A stretch of DNA of 32,000 bases from Candidatus Brocadia sp. (GCA_021650915.1 CP091279.1:2820001-2852000); one strand, 5' to 3'. Counted from the stretch's first letter, positions 8,034 through 17,719 are shown. Translations and numbers: made by a program. Notes: generated by a model from the letters alone, not told the origin.

Positions 8034-10334
8034 GTGCATCCTATGGGAAATTTTACGCAGTGGCAGCTCAGTTTCACTGGCATTGAAAACGTCTGGTTGC
8101 GGATGGTCGTCCTGTTGCTGGCAATTATAGCGCTTTTCTTTTCCTGGCATGGTATCAGGGCCATTCCTTCCCGCAGCAAACAAGCGGCGCTTTTTGCACT
8201 CCGCCTTCTGGCGACGGCGCTTTTTGTTCTGCTTCTGTTTCAGCCGCAAATAGAGCAGAAGGAGGTGATTAAATTAAAGAACAAGGTCGTGTGTCTTTTA
8301 GACAATTCTGAGAGCATGACGCTTAAAGGAGGAGATACGGGAGTCACGCGGTTCCAACTCGTAAAAAATTTTTTCCATGACAACGCATCGTTTTTTGAAG
8401 AATTGGAGAATACGTTCGACGTTGACTACTTAGCCTTTTCTGATGCTATCAATGAGATCTCTTACGATGACATGAAAAAAGACCTTGCTCTCGATGGTGC
8501 GAACACGGATATCGTCCAAACCTTAAAACTTCTGAAAAAACGCTACGCAGGTAAATCCGTCAAGGCATATTTCGTCTTCTCCGATGGCGCAGACACCACC
8601 AGGCTTCCTTTAAGCATGGATAAAATCGAAATTATTTCAAATCTTACGAAGGGCCTGGCAGCTCCCTGTTTTACCTTTTCCCCATCCGGCAATATGGAGG
8701 CCAGGGATGTTGCAATCAGCGCGGTTTCGTATGACAGCTTTACCTTTGTGCGAAGTGCATGGAAGGCTGATGTCGTTATAAAGATTCATGGATATAAAGA
8801 CCTCAGGCTCCCTGTTACCCTAAAACAAGGCAACGACATCATTTCTTCGAAGGTCCTGGATACGGGAAGCGAAAGCGAGCTTCATATCGACCTTTCATTT
8901 ACCCCCCATACGACAGGCACCTTTCTCTATACGGTCTCCCTTCCCACCCAGCCCCATGAAGCAATTGCCGAAAACAATCAGGCCAGCCTTCTCGTGAAGG
9001 TTGTGCGTGATAAGATACGGATTATGCATGTCTGTGGGCGTCCGTCGTGGGATGAGCGTTTTCTCAGGGGAGTATTGAAAAGCGATCCCAACATTGATCT
9101 CATCTCCTTCTTTATTTTGCGGACTCCGTCAGATGTCTCCGATGCACGAAATGATGAACTCAGCCTCATTCCTTTCCCGGTAGACGAGTTGTTTACACAG
9201 GCGCTTAACAGTTTTGATTTGGTTATTTTTCAGAACTTTGACTATCGTCCTTATGATACGGCGCTTTTCCGGTTTTCGCATTACCTGTCGAATCTTCAAA
9301 GGTTTGTGACAGAGCAAGGCGGCGGTTTTGTGATGATTGGCGGTGATATCTCGTTTTCTCAGGGTGGGTATGACGGCACTCCTCTTGATGAAATCCTTCC
9401 CGTAAGTCTCAACACAGGGAAAGACACGATCGACACCACACGATTAAAAGCGGTTCTGACCCATGACGGACTGAAACATCCGGTGGCTGCGCTTGATGTT
9501 AATGCAGAAAGAAATGCTGCTATCTGGAAAGATCTTCCGGAACTGGACGGATGTAATGTAACGACTGAAATGAAGCCGGACTCCATAACCCTGGCCATCT
9601 ATCCGACAAAGGGAAACCCGCCCCTTGTTGCAGTTCGGGATACGGGACGGGGGAGATGTATGGCCATAACAACCGATTCGTTGTGGCGATGGAATTTCTT
9701 GTCACTTGGGAAAGGGGGTAGCAACCGGCATTATATAAAATTCTGGCAGAACTCCATAAAATGGCTTATCAAAGACCCCACGTTAAACCCTATTCATGTT
9801 ATCGTAAACAAGGAGGCTTTTTTACCAAACGAAGAAGTGCAGATCAGAATCGATGCCGTGGGTGGAAATTACCAGCCGCTGGACGGGGTCCAGTTGGATA
9901 TAAATATTACAAACGAATTTTCCGGGAAAAGCATATTTTCTTCAAAGGGTCTTACGGGTACTGATGGTCAGTATCGGTTTGCCGTCAAGCATGCTACGGA
10001 GGGATACTATATGGTTAAAGTGTCAGGAAAGAAAGGGAGTGATGAAGTTGGGCAGGATTATGCCGTTTTTACGATCGCTTTAAAAAATGAGGAATTTAAA
10101 GACACTTCCATCAGGGGTGACATTCTTGCCCGAATGGCCGCGGTATCCGGGGGAAAACACTTTGAACTTCCCGCAAAAAATATCGGTGAAAAATTATCGA
10201 TTGAAAATCCAACGATTGTAAAGCTTGTCGGTAAGCGGCAAATCTCTTTGTGGGACAATGGTTACATCTTTGTGGCAATCCTGACCGTTGTTTCTGTCGA
10301 GTGGTGGATGAGAAAACGGGGAGGATTGAGCTGA
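8034..10334 (+). CDS. Large membrane protein with BatA-like N-terminal double-TM domain, vWA-like segment and GATase1-like domain
   Basis: Two N-terminal TM helices, DxSxS MIDAS-like motif (VCLLDNSESM), and a central block IMHVCGRPSWDERF...FDLVIFQNFDY...GGGFVMIGG resembling class-I glutamine-amidotransferase-like folds. It ends in a C-terminal TM anchor followed by WWMRKRGG. The product name is an inference. Confidence 0.65.
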   Translation: MHPMGNFTQWQLSFTGIENVWLRMVVLLLAIIALFFSWHGIRAIPSRSKQAALFALRLLATALFVLLLFQPQIEQKEVIKLKNKVVCLLDNSESMTLKGGDTGVTRFQLVKNFFHDNASFFEELENTFDVDYLAFSDAINEISYDDMKKDLALDGANTDIVQTLKLLKKRYAGKSVKAYFVFSDGADTTRLPLSMDKIEIISNLTKGLAAPCFTFSPSGNMEARDVAISAVSYDSFTFVRSAWKADVVIKIHGYKDLRLPVTLKQGNDIISSKVLDTGSESELHIDLSFTPHTTGTFLYTVSLPTQPHEAIAENNQASLLVKVVRDKIRIMHVCGRPSWDERFLRGVLKSDPNIDLISFFILRTPSDVSDARNDELSLIPFPVDELFTQALNSFDLVIFQNFDYRPYDTALFRFSHYLSNLQRFVTEQGGGFVMIGGDISFSQGGYDGTPLDEILPVSLNTGKDTIDTTRLKAVLTHDGLKHPVAALDVNAERNAAIWKDLPELDGCNVTTEMKPDSITLAIYPTKGNPPLVAVRDTGRGRCMAITTDSLWRWNFLSLGKGGSNRHYIKFWQNSIKWLIKDPTLNPIHVIVNKEAFLPNEEVQIRIDAVGGNYQPLDGVQLDINITNEFSGKSIFSSKGLTGTDGQYRFAVKHATEGYYMVKVSGKKGSDEVGQDYAVFTIALKNEEFKDTSIRGDILARMAAVSGGKHFELPAKNIGEKLSIENPTIVKLVGKRQISLWDNGYIFVAILTVVSVEWWMRKRGGLS

Positions 10335-10346
10335 GACAAAAAGTGC

Positions 10347-10375
10347 TTGCAATAAAATACATAATTTAGTATATT
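10347..10375 (+). promoter_or_regulatory. Candidate sigma-70-type promoter for cmk-rpsA
   Basis: TTGCAA (10347-10352), a 17-nt spacer, then TATATT (10370-10375), about 65 nt upstream of the cmk start. This is pattern match only. Confidence 0.3.
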
Positions 10376-10440
10376 CAACCTTTTTGCATTCTCATACCTT
10401 AACGATGAGACGCTATTACCGGTAACGAAAGAGGTCTTGT

Positions 10441-11124
10441 TTGATAATAGCGATTGATGGTCCCGCTGGTTCCGGGAAAAGCACCATCGCCAGGATGCTG
10501 GCAAGGCGGCTGGGCTTTAACTATCTCGATACGGGAGCTATGTATCGGGCGCTTACGTGGAAGGCGTTACAGGACGGAGCAGACTTAACAGATGCAAACG
10601 CCTTATGCCAGCTGATGGACCAAACCGCCATCGAATTTCGGGGTAAGAACGATGGTATGCAAATATGGGTTGATGGGGTTAATGTAACGGAAAAAATCCG
10701 CGCACCCTCTGTAACCAACAACGTTCATTATATATCGAACGCATCCAGTGTCCGGCACCGTATGGTAAAACTCCAGCAAATGTTTGCGTCCGGAGGGAAT
10801 GTCATTGCAGAAGGGAGGGATATGGGTACCGTTGTCTTTCCGCATGCAGACAAGAAATTTTTTTTAGATGCTGAAATTGAGGAGCGTGCCCGGAGGCGGC
10901 ATGACGAGATGCGTCTGCCGGATGGCGAAATTTCGTATGCCGATGTGATGAAAGATATAGAAATACGTGACAAGCGGGATACGACGAGGGATAACTCTCC
11001 CCTCAGAAAGAGTGATGATGCAATTTACCTGAATACTACAAAAATGTCGATTGAAGAAGTGGTCGCTCGGATATTCGAAGAACTTGAGCCAGTGGTCAAA
11101 AAACTGGACGTTTATAAAGAGTGA
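10441..11124 (+). CDS. cmk: Cytidylate kinase
   Basis: TTG start. N-terminus IIAIDGPAGSGKSTIARMLA, YLDTGAMYRA and GRDMGTVVFP motifs, with the conserved cmk-rpsA gene order. Confidence 0.92.
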   Translation: MIIAIDGPAGSGKSTIARMLARRLGFNYLDTGAMYRALTWKALQDGADLTDANALCQLMDQTAIEFRGKNDGMQIWVDGVNVTEKIRAPSVTNNVHYISNASSVRHRMVKLQQMFASGGNVIAEGRDMGTVVFPHADKKFFLDAEIEERARRRHDEMRLPDGEISYADVMKDIEIRDKRDTTRDNSPLRKSDDAIYLNTTKMSIEEVVARIFEELEPVVKKLDVYKE

Positions 11125-11189
11125 GTAAACGTAATTTATTTTAAAAACCTTTTATTTTTTTCATTTTATTTCGGAGAAATCATCAAATT

Positions 11190-12941
11190 ATGGATCGGGA
11201 TATTTTAAAAGAGTACAATGTAAATTTAGCCGATATTGAGCGTGAGGTTGAAGCTATCGTTGGAAGCGAGGATACCAAAAAAAAGATAGAATCTACCTAC
11301 TATGATTCTATTCAGAATTTTGAGGTAGGCTCGGTTCTTAAGGGGCGTATTCTTAGTGCTCTTGGTGATAACATTGTCATAGACTGCGGATATAAATCCG
11401 AAGGTATGATACCCAAGCTTGAATTCGATGATCCTTCCGAGATAAAAATAGGTGAAGATGTTGAGGTCCTGTTGGAAGCAGTAGAGGACGATTCAGGACT
11501 TATTAAATTATCGAAGCGGAAAGCAGACCGCATTCGTGGCTGGGAAAGGGTTATTGCAAAATATAAAGAGGGCGATATCATCACTGGTCGGGTGACGAGA
11601 AAAATTAAAGGAGGCCTGCTCGTCGATATGGGGGTGCCAATATTTTTGCCTGCTTCCCAGATTGACGTAAAGCCGCCAGGCGATATTTCTCAATATATTG
11701 GACAGGAAGTCACCTGCCGAATACTAAAAATCGATGAGACTCGGCAAAATATTGTTGTTTCCAGAAGAAAGCTTATTGAGGAAGACCGCGACAAAAAGAA
11801 ACAAGGCCTGCTGTCGGAAATTGCTATCGGGCAGATCAGGAAAGGCGTGGTGAAAAATATCGCCGACTTTGGTGCATTCATTGATTTGGGTGGTCTGGAT
11901 GGACTTCTTCACATTACGGATATGAGTTGGGGAAGAATAAGCCATCCATCGGAAGTGCTTGCTATTGATGATGAGGTTGAGGTAATGATACTTGACATCG
12001 ACAAGGAAAAGGAAAAGGTCGCTCTTGGGTTAAAACAAAAGTCACCAAACCCGTGGTTACTCATCGAGGAAAAATACCCCGTTGGCTCCAAGGTAAAGGG
12101 CCAAGTCGTCAATATTATGTCGTATGGTGCATTTGTAAAACTGGAAACAGGTATCGAAGGTCTTGTGCATATTTCGGAGATGTCCTGGACCCGTCGCATT
12201 AACCACCCATCAGAAATGGTGGCGATCGGAGACATGGTAGAAGTTGTCGTTCTCAAAATTGATAAGGAAAAAGAAGAAATCTCACTCAGTATGAAACAGA
12301 CGGAAGTTAATCCGTGGACGGTTATTGAAGAAAAATATCCCGCAGGAACAAGAATCAAGGGACGCGTCCGGAACCTGACCAATTATGGCGCTTTCATTGA
12401 GATCGAAGAAGGGGTGGACGGCTTGCTCCATATTTCTGACATGTCGTGGGCAAAGAAGGTTGGACATCCTTCAGAAATTGTTAAAAAGGGAGATAAAATT
12501 GAAGCCGTGGTGCTTTCTGTTGACCGGGAAAAAAAGAGAGTTGCCTTGGGTCTCAAACAACTCTCCGATGATCCATGGGTAAAAGAGATTCCTGAAAAAT
12601 TTAAAGTAGGCGATGTCGTCTCCGGCAAGGTCACGAAATTGACCAACTTTGGCGCATTTCTTGAGCTTGGGAAAGGGATTGAAGGGCTGTTGCATATCTC
12701 GGAATTATCCAATGAAAAGGTGAATAATCCCGCGGATGTTGTCAATATTGGTGATGATCTGGAAGTAAGAGTTATTCGCATTGAACCGGAGGCAAGAAAG
12801 ATCGGGTTGAGCCTGAAAAAAATGATTGATGCAGAAGGGAAAAGTGCTGCGTCGTTGTCAAATGAAGATTCTCAAAAGCAGATAAACGGTGGTACTGTGA
12901 TTCGTGAAGGACAGGATTCTGACGCTGCAAGCGTATCGTGA
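11190..12941 (+). CDS. rpsA: 30S ribosomal protein S1 (six S1 domains)
   Basis: Repeated S1 OB-fold units (G.V..I..FGAF(I/V).L..G.(D/E)GLLHIS(D/E)(M/L)S) recur six times. GGAGAAAT lies upstream of the ATG. Confidence 0.95.
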   Translation: MDRDILKEYNVNLADIEREVEAIVGSEDTKKKIESTYYDSIQNFEVGSVLKGRILSALGDNIVIDCGYKSEGMIPKLEFDDPSEIKIGEDVEVLLEAVEDDSGLIKLSKRKADRIRGWERVIAKYKEGDIITGRVTRKIKGGLLVDMGVPIFLPASQIDVKPPGDISQYIGQEVTCRILKIDETRQNIVVSRRKLIEEDRDKKKQGLLSEIAIGQIRKGVVKNIADFGAFIDLGGLDGLLHITDMSWGRISHPSEVLAIDDEVEVMILDIDKEKEKVALGLKQKSPNPWLLIEEKYPVGSKVKGQVVNIMSYGAFVKLETGIEGLVHISEMSWTRRINHPSEMVAIGDMVEVVVLKIDKEKEEISLSMKQTEVNPWTVIEEKYPAGTRIKGRVRNLTNYGAFIEIEEGVDGLLHISDMSWAKKVGHPSEIVKKGDKIEAVVLSVDREKKRVALGLKQLSDDPWVKEIPEKFKVGDVVSGKVTKLTNFGAFLELGKGIEGLLHISELSNEKVNNPADVVNIGDDLEVRVIRIEPEARKIGLSLKKMIDAEGKSAASLSNEDSQKQINGGTVIREGQDSDAASVS

Positions 12942-12972
12942 CAACGTGATCTAAAAAAGAAGGAGGCATCCT

Positions 12973-13785
12973 ACGGAGTCTGCTTTACAAACATACCTGA
13001 AAGAAATTAACCAAATTCCGTTATTGTCTTCGGAAGAAGAAAAAAATGTAACAAAAAGAGTGGTCGAGGGAGATGGAGAAGCGCGGGAAAAACTGATACG
13101 TTCCAATTTGCGACTGGTTGTTAGCATTGCCAAGGAGTACATTAACCGGGGGCTTTCCTTCTTGGATCTGATTGAAGAAGGAAATCTTGGGTTGATTCGT
13201 GCAGTTCAGGGATTCGATCCTTCGACGGGATACAAATTCAGTACGTATGCAACGTGGTGGATTAAGCAGGCAGTCCGCAGGGCTTTGACCGATAAGGCAA
13301 GGATGATTCGTATACCCTCGTATATGCTCGAAAAAATATCACGACTCAAAACCACTTCGAATCATTTGCTCGACAGCTTGGAGAGGCCTCCAAGCTACAA
13401 CGAAATTGCAGAAGAGATGGATATTACTGCAAAAAAGGTTGAATTGATTGAGCACGCAACGCGCTCCACGATGTCTCTCGACGGAGAAGGGTTTACCGGT
13501 TCAGATCTCATCTGGGCACTGAGTAATGTTTTGCCTGATGAGAGGACGCTTCCGCCTGAGGATGAGGTGGAGGAAAGGTATGAAAGAGAAAGCTTGGAAA
13601 AGTTTCTTGAGATTATTGACAAACGGGAGGCCACGGTAATAAAATTGCGATACGGGTTGGTGGACGGTGACCCAAAGACCTTGGAAGAAATCGGTGCGTT
13701 ATTGCATATAAGCCGTGAACGAGTCAGGCAAATCGAGAAGGAAACGATCCAAAAATTACATTATATCTTGACAAAAGAAAAATAA
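12973..13785 (+). CDS. RNA polymerase sigma-70 family factor (compact, regions 1.2-4)
   Basis: Region 2 [12 protein letters not shown]...[23 protein letters not shown]...[15 protein letters not shown], and region 4 [19 protein letters not shown]. The ORF track starts at TTG 13024, but the in-frame upstream codons encode [15 protein letters not shown] (region 1.2). The 5' end is therefore extended to ACG 12973, which sits 6 nt after AAGGAGG (12960-12966). See findings. Confidence 0.88.
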   Translation, partial: TESALQTYLKEINQIPLLSSEEEKNVTKRVVEGDGEAREKLIRSNLRLVVSIAKEYINRGLSFLDLIEEGNLGLIRAVQGFDPSTGYKFSTYATWWIKQAVRRALTDKARMIRIPSYMLEKISRLKTTSNHLLDSLERPPSYNEIAEEMDITAKKVELIEHATRSTMSLDGEGFTGSDLIWALSNVLPDERTLPPEDEVEERYERESLEKFLEIIDKREATVIKLRYGLVDGDPKTLEEIGALLHISRERVRQIEKETIQKLHYILTKEK

Positions 13786-13788
13786 TTT

Positions 13789-14304
13789 ATGAATGAATTA
13801 AAAAATTTAGTGCGTGATGTACCAGATTTCCCTAAAAAGGGTATTATCTTTAAAGATATTATGCCTCTTTTGCAAAATCCGAAAGGATTAAGAAAGGCCG
13901 TTGAAATCATTTCTGGCCATTATAAAAATGAGAAAGTTGACATTGTTGTTGGCGCCGAAGCGCGGGGTTTTATTCTGGCGCCTACGATTGCTTTTGCGCT
14001 GGGAGCTGGATTTACCCCTATCAGAAAGCCCGGTAAACTTCCTTACGAAAAGATCAGCATGAGCTATGCCCTCGAATATGGTACTGATGTGCTCGAAATA
14101 CACAAGGATGGAATCAGCAAGGGACAGCAGGTGCTCATGGTAGATGATTTATTAGCTACCGGCGGAACTATGTCCGCATGCTGCAAGCTGGTTGAATCGC
14201 TTGGTGGGAGAATCGTAGGCTGTGCCTTTCTGGTTGAACTATCATTTCTTGATGGCAAAAAAAACCTCACACCCTACGATATCTTTTCTGTCATAAAATA
14301 CTAA
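13789..14304 (+). CDS. apt: Adenine phosphoribosyltransferase
   Basis: FPKKGIIFKDI N-terminus, PRPP-binding loop VLMVDDLLATGGT, and typical length of 171 aa. It starts 3 nt after the sigma-factor stop. Confidence 0.92.
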   Translation: MNELKNLVRDVPDFPKKGIIFKDIMPLLQNPKGLRKAVEIISGHYKNEKVDIVVGAEARGFILAPTIAFALGAGFTPIRKPGKLPYEKISMSYALEYGTDVLEIHKDGISKGQQVLMVDDLLATGGTMSACCKLVESLGGRIVGCAFLVELSFLDGKKNLTPYDIFSVIKY

Positions 14305-14365
14305 AATATACTTCCGCCTGTTATTCCTTTTCTCGTGACCGGAAGATACAGACAGCGTTCTATGA

Positions 14366-14629
14366 TTATTTCAGGGTTATTTCAATCGATTCGCCATCCT
14401 TCCAAATTTGATTGAATACTTTCACGTTCTTCAGCGCGTCCATTACCTGTTTTTCAATCCACATTATCACATCGCTATAGCCACAACTGAAACATTTTAC
14501 CATCCAGGGCATCTTGAGGGTTTTTACCATAACTGAAACCGCTTCTCCGTCACAGTTTGGACATTTAACAGAGGAAATTACGGCCTTATACTTTTCTCCG
14601 ACTTCCTTATTTGAAAAAGATTCTGACAT
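14366..14629 (-). CDS. Small zinc-ribbon protein (hypothetical)
   Basis: Two CxxC pairs (CPNCDG ... CFSCG). AAGGAG lies 8 nt upstream of the ATG at 14627-14629. The longer track ORF (to 14707) adds a hydrophobic leader with no RBS. Confidence 0.45.
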   Translation of the reverse strand: MSESFSNKEVGEKYKAVISSVKCPNCDGEAVSVMVKTLKMPWMVKCFSCGYSDVIMWIEKQVMDALKNVKVFNQIWKDGESIEITLK

Positions 14630-14913
14630 TATAGCGCTCCTTAAGAAGGGTTGTAGCATATCAAATTCATGTAATACACAACAAACTACACCAAAGAAAA
14701 GTTTCACGCAGTCAGCATTTCATGGTTTTTCGTTGGGAGTTTTCTGACTCAAACACAAAAAGCATTGAGTCGTCGATCTCTTACCAGTAAATTCCTCTGA
14801 CATAATAAAAATAATCTAACTTGTTTGCGTATTGATTTCAAGTAATTTGTTTGAATTAATTAACTAAAAATCCGTGATCTTTTTTCATCGTGCGAACATT
14901 CGTTAACACTTCT

Positions 14914-15429
14914 TCATTGTTTCAACATCTTTAATACCTTTTCCGGCAAGGGCTCTCTGTTTTTATAATTTATCGTTATGAGCGTAACGTCCTTGCGTTT
15001 TTTAATTTCTTCGGTAAAGGTATCCCCGCTTTCTTTTATCGTACAAAGAAGGGCTTTATCACTGTTGAGGATTTTTTCCAGCAATTCTCTGAATTTTTGT
15101 GAAAAGAGTTCCATCGTTCCAATTTCGTCGACTACGACAACTGACTTGCATCTCATAGCATCTTCCAGCGCTGGTATAGCAATTTTTTCAAAGGAATCGA
15201 GGTCGACCCGATATTTACCGACTTTATAATTGCTGTTGCACTCAACATGCGCCAGAATGCCGTCTCTTCCATCCAGCGTAACGATCCTAAAGCCCACACG
15301 TCTGTCCATTACACGAATTTCCTCAGTAAAAAAGCCTCCTGCGTCCATTCCCACCAGCGGGAGTATCTTTTTGATTACCGACGTCTTTCCTATACCGGGT
15401 TTACCAGTTAATAAAATGTGCCTTTTCAT
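14914..15429 (-). CDS. THEP1/COG1618-type nucleoside-triphosphatase
   Basis: Walker A LLTGKPGIGKTS, Walker B VVVVDEIGTMEL, and a ~170-aa size with motif spacing typical of the THEP1 NTPase family. Confidence 0.75.
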   Translation of the reverse strand: MKRHILLTGKPGIGKTSVIKKILPLVGMDAGGFFTEEIRVMDRRVGFRIVTLDGRDGILAHVECNSNYKVGKYRVDLDSFEKIAIPALEDAMRCKSVVVVDEIGTMELFSQKFRELLEKILNSDKALLCTIKESGDTFTEEIKKRKDVTLITINYKNREPLPEKVLKMLKQ

Positions 15430-15524
15430 TTCCTACTCTTATATAGCGATGTTAAAATCTATGCCATATCTACTCCCTGCGCCATTTTCGCGAAGACGGC
15501 CCTCTTTACATTCATTCTGTAAAT

Positions 15525-16148
15525 CTATTGGCTGAGCGCTTTGGCAATAGTCTCTCCAAATTTTTGCGCAGCGGCCGGACCGCTGGCGGTAATAATATTT
15601 CCATCCCTTTCTACATCGGCGCCAGTATAGTTTGCGCCAGCGGATTGTATCTCTTTTACCGTCGAAGAATAGGTGGTTGCCTTTTTGCTTTTTAGCAAGC
15701 CTGCCTTTGCAAGGGTTACCGGTGCAATACAGATAGCGCCGACAATCTTTTTTGCAGTATGTGCATCATTAGCGATCTTGTGGGCAATAGGGTTATCCCA
15801 ATATTCATTAGCACCGGAGCCACCGACAAATATAACTGCGTCATAATCTGACGCGTGGATATCGGTGAACAGGATTTCGGGTTTTACCTTCGCCCCAAGC
15901 ATACCCGTAGACTCTTTTAATGAAGAAGAAGCTACGGTAACGGTTACACCGTTTTTTTCTAAAACCTCCTTGGGTTGCAACAACTCCTCATCTCTGAAAT
16001 TATTACAGGCAATAATCATTACAGCTTTTTTCCCTTTTATAGATTGCATGACACTATCCCCCATTATCGGATCAATAAATAAGCCCGACAAAAGAAATGG
16101 TGCAATTACCAAGCCGGGTAAAAAATTTCTCATGCTAATATCCCTCAT
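15525..16148 (-). CDS. DJ-1/PfpI family protein with N-terminal signal/anchor sequence
   Basis: Nucleophile-elbow segment VGAICIAPVTLAKAG, YDAVIFVGGSG, and hydrophobic N-terminus FLPGLVIAPFLLSGLFI. The ATG at 16133 (MRNFLPG) has GAGGGA 7 nt upstream and may be the true start. Confidence 0.8.
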   Translation of the reverse strand: MRDISMRNFLPGLVIAPFLLSGLFIDPIMGDSVMQSIKGKKAVMIIACNNFRDEELLQPKEVLEKNGVTVTVASSSLKESTGMLGAKVKPEILFTDIHASDYDAVIFVGGSGANEYWDNPIAHKIANDAHTAKKIVGAICIAPVTLAKAGLLKSKKATTYSSTVKEIQSAGANYTGADVERDGNIITASGPAAAQKFGETIAKALSQ

Positions 16149-16176
16149 AAGTTGTGCCTGATTGATTCTGGCACGG

Positions 16177-16485
16177 TTATTTCCTTAAACTTTTGCCAAG
16201 TTCCTTCTCCACGGCCAGTACCTTATGTTCAATCATCTTTGCCTTCTTGTCCTTCCTCTCATCTATCTTAATGGTGGTGTACACCCTTTCTGACGACTCC
16301 AGCATCTTATTATGGCATTTCCTGATCAGGTCAAATACCTGATCGCTTTCTCCTTCGACAACTGTGCCCATGGCATGGAGCTTGTAATCCAATCCACTTG
16401 CATCAATAATTTTGACAACATGAGCAACATGGCTTGCCAAATCAATTTCCTTCCCGATGGGAACCACACTAATCTCAGCAATCAT
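16177..16485 (-). CDS. MTH1187/YkoF (UPF0045) family thiamine-binding-like protein
   Basis: MIAEISVVPIG N-terminus, HAMGTVVEGE core, and ~100 aa, typical of the MTH1187 family. GAAGGAGGTG lies upstream of the ATG. It ends 28 nt upstream of the DJ-1 gene. Confidence 0.8.
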   Translation of the reverse strand: MIAEISVVPIGKEIDLASHVAHVVKIIDASGLDYKLHAMGTVVEGESDQVFDLIRKCHNKMLESSERVYTTIKIDERKDKKAKMIEHKVLAVEKELGKSLRK

Positions 16486-16663
16486 GCGACACCTCCTTCA
16501 ATTTTTTCTGTTAAGGAATAACGATATGCTGCTTATGATAACGTTTCAGGCTAATAATTTATGCTATATGAGAAACACGATAATTTCAAGTACGAAAGCA
16601 AACATTTCTCTTCGTTCATCGCTGTATTCGAAATGAGGGAGTCACACCTACTACCTATTTTTG

Positions 16664-16692
16664 TTGACACATGCTGCTATCCGCATTATATT
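16664..16692 (+). promoter_or_regulatory. Candidate sigma-70-type promoter upstream of or overlapping the rluA-family start
   Basis: TTGACA (16664-16669), a 17-nt spacer, then TATATT (16687-16692). This is pattern match only. Confidence 0.3.
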
Positions 16693-17396
16693 TGAAAACT
16701 ATGAAGAAAATGAAGCCGGTACCGTACCGACATAGACCCAAGGGTTTAACGATTCTCTACGAAGACCGTGATATTATTGTTGTTGACAAGAGCGCTGGTT
16801 TGTTGACGGTGAAAGCAACCTATGAAAAAGAAAAAACAGCCCATCACATTTTGACCAACTATGTGCGTAAGGGCAGTTTTAAATCAACAAAACAACTTTT
16901 TGTTGTGCATCGGCTGGACCGCGATACCTCCGGCGTTCTCTTGTTTGCCAAGAGTGCTGAGGCCAAAGAGAATCTTAAACTGCAATGGAAAGCCGTCAGG
17001 AAAAAATATGTGGCCGTGGTTCATGGGATATTAATTGAAAAAAGCGGGACAATCACCTCATATTTGACTGAAAATGATGATTATGAAGTTTTTTCAGTCC
17101 AGAGTTCGAGGAAGGGGGAATTGGCAAAAACCCGTTACAAAGTGTTAAGAGAAGCAAAAAGGTTTAGTTTGCTTGAAATTGAATTATTAACGGGCAAAAA
17201 AAACCAGATACGGGTACATTTTGCTGAGAAGGGACACCCTCTTGTTGGTGACGATAAATATGGTAAAAAAGACGCACCCAAGAGTCGTCTTGCCCTTCAC
17301 TCACAGTACATCACGTTTCGGCATCCACACAGCGGCAAAGAACTAACTTTTGAAGCCGAGGTGCCTGGTTTCTTTAAAAGCTTTTTTGATGCCTGA
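16671..17396 (+). CDS. RluA-family 23S rRNA/tRNA pseudouridine synthase (no S4 domain)
   Basis: Catalytic motif HRLDRDTSGVLLFAK, plus ILYEDRDIIVVDKSAGLLTV and GKKNQIRVHFA. Alternative starts at 16701 (MKKMKP) or 16710 (MKPVPY) are more likely if the promoter at 16664-16692 is real. Confidence 0.88.
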   Translation: MLLSALYLKTMKKMKPVPYRHRPKGLTILYEDRDIIVVDKSAGLLTVKATYEKEKTAHHILTNYVRKGSFKSTKQLFVVHRLDRDTSGVLLFAKSAEAKENLKLQWKAVRKKYVAVVHGILIEKSGTITSYLTENDDYEVFSVQSSRKGELAKTRYKVLREAKRFSLLEIELLTGKKNQIRVHFAEKGHPLVGDDKYGKKDAPKSRLALHSQYITFRHPHSGKELTFEAEVPGFFKSFFDA

Positions 17397-17719
17397 TAAA
17401 AAAGATTAATTTCGCAGTTCACTGCTGAAGAAGCAGAGAATGCAGGAAAAAAAGATGAAGACCAGGGTATGTGGTACGCCGATGATATTTTTAACCACTA
17501 CCTGCAACAATTATGAGTGAAGTCTGATTGTGGTTGCACATCAATATGACATCCTCCGTTTTAGAGAAATCTCATGGGGTTTCCTGATTAAGTTTTCTAT
17601 CAATGATCCACACCAGTGTCTCTGTTCCCGCGGTTGGAGCAATCAAATGAAAGTCAATGCCCTCTAAACCAAGCCAGTCAGTCAGAAAAGATAAAATGCG
17701 GAGTGTGTAATTTACGAAG

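Noticed and set aside
7737-8249. 170-aa minus-strand ORF spanning the ubiB 3' end and the start of the membrane protein
   Set aside because: It overlaps two well-supported plus-strand genes, is Arg/Pro-rich, and has no RBS.
11190-12941. Periodic ~260-nt repetition, plus long antisense ORFs (11909..12382, 12383..12781), considered as a DNA repeat array or extra genes
   Set aside because: The periodicity is the six S1 domains of rpsA at protein level, and the nucleotide copies are diverged. The antisense ORFs are Ser/Thr/Ile-rich shadows of the S1 frame.
16486-16670. Possible TPP riboswitch upstream of the MTH1187/YkoF-family (thiamine-binding-like) gene
   Set aside because: I looked on the minus strand for the CUGAGA and ACCUGAUCUGGAUAAUGCCAGCG-like boxes and saw neither. 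The gene also has its SD directly adjacent.
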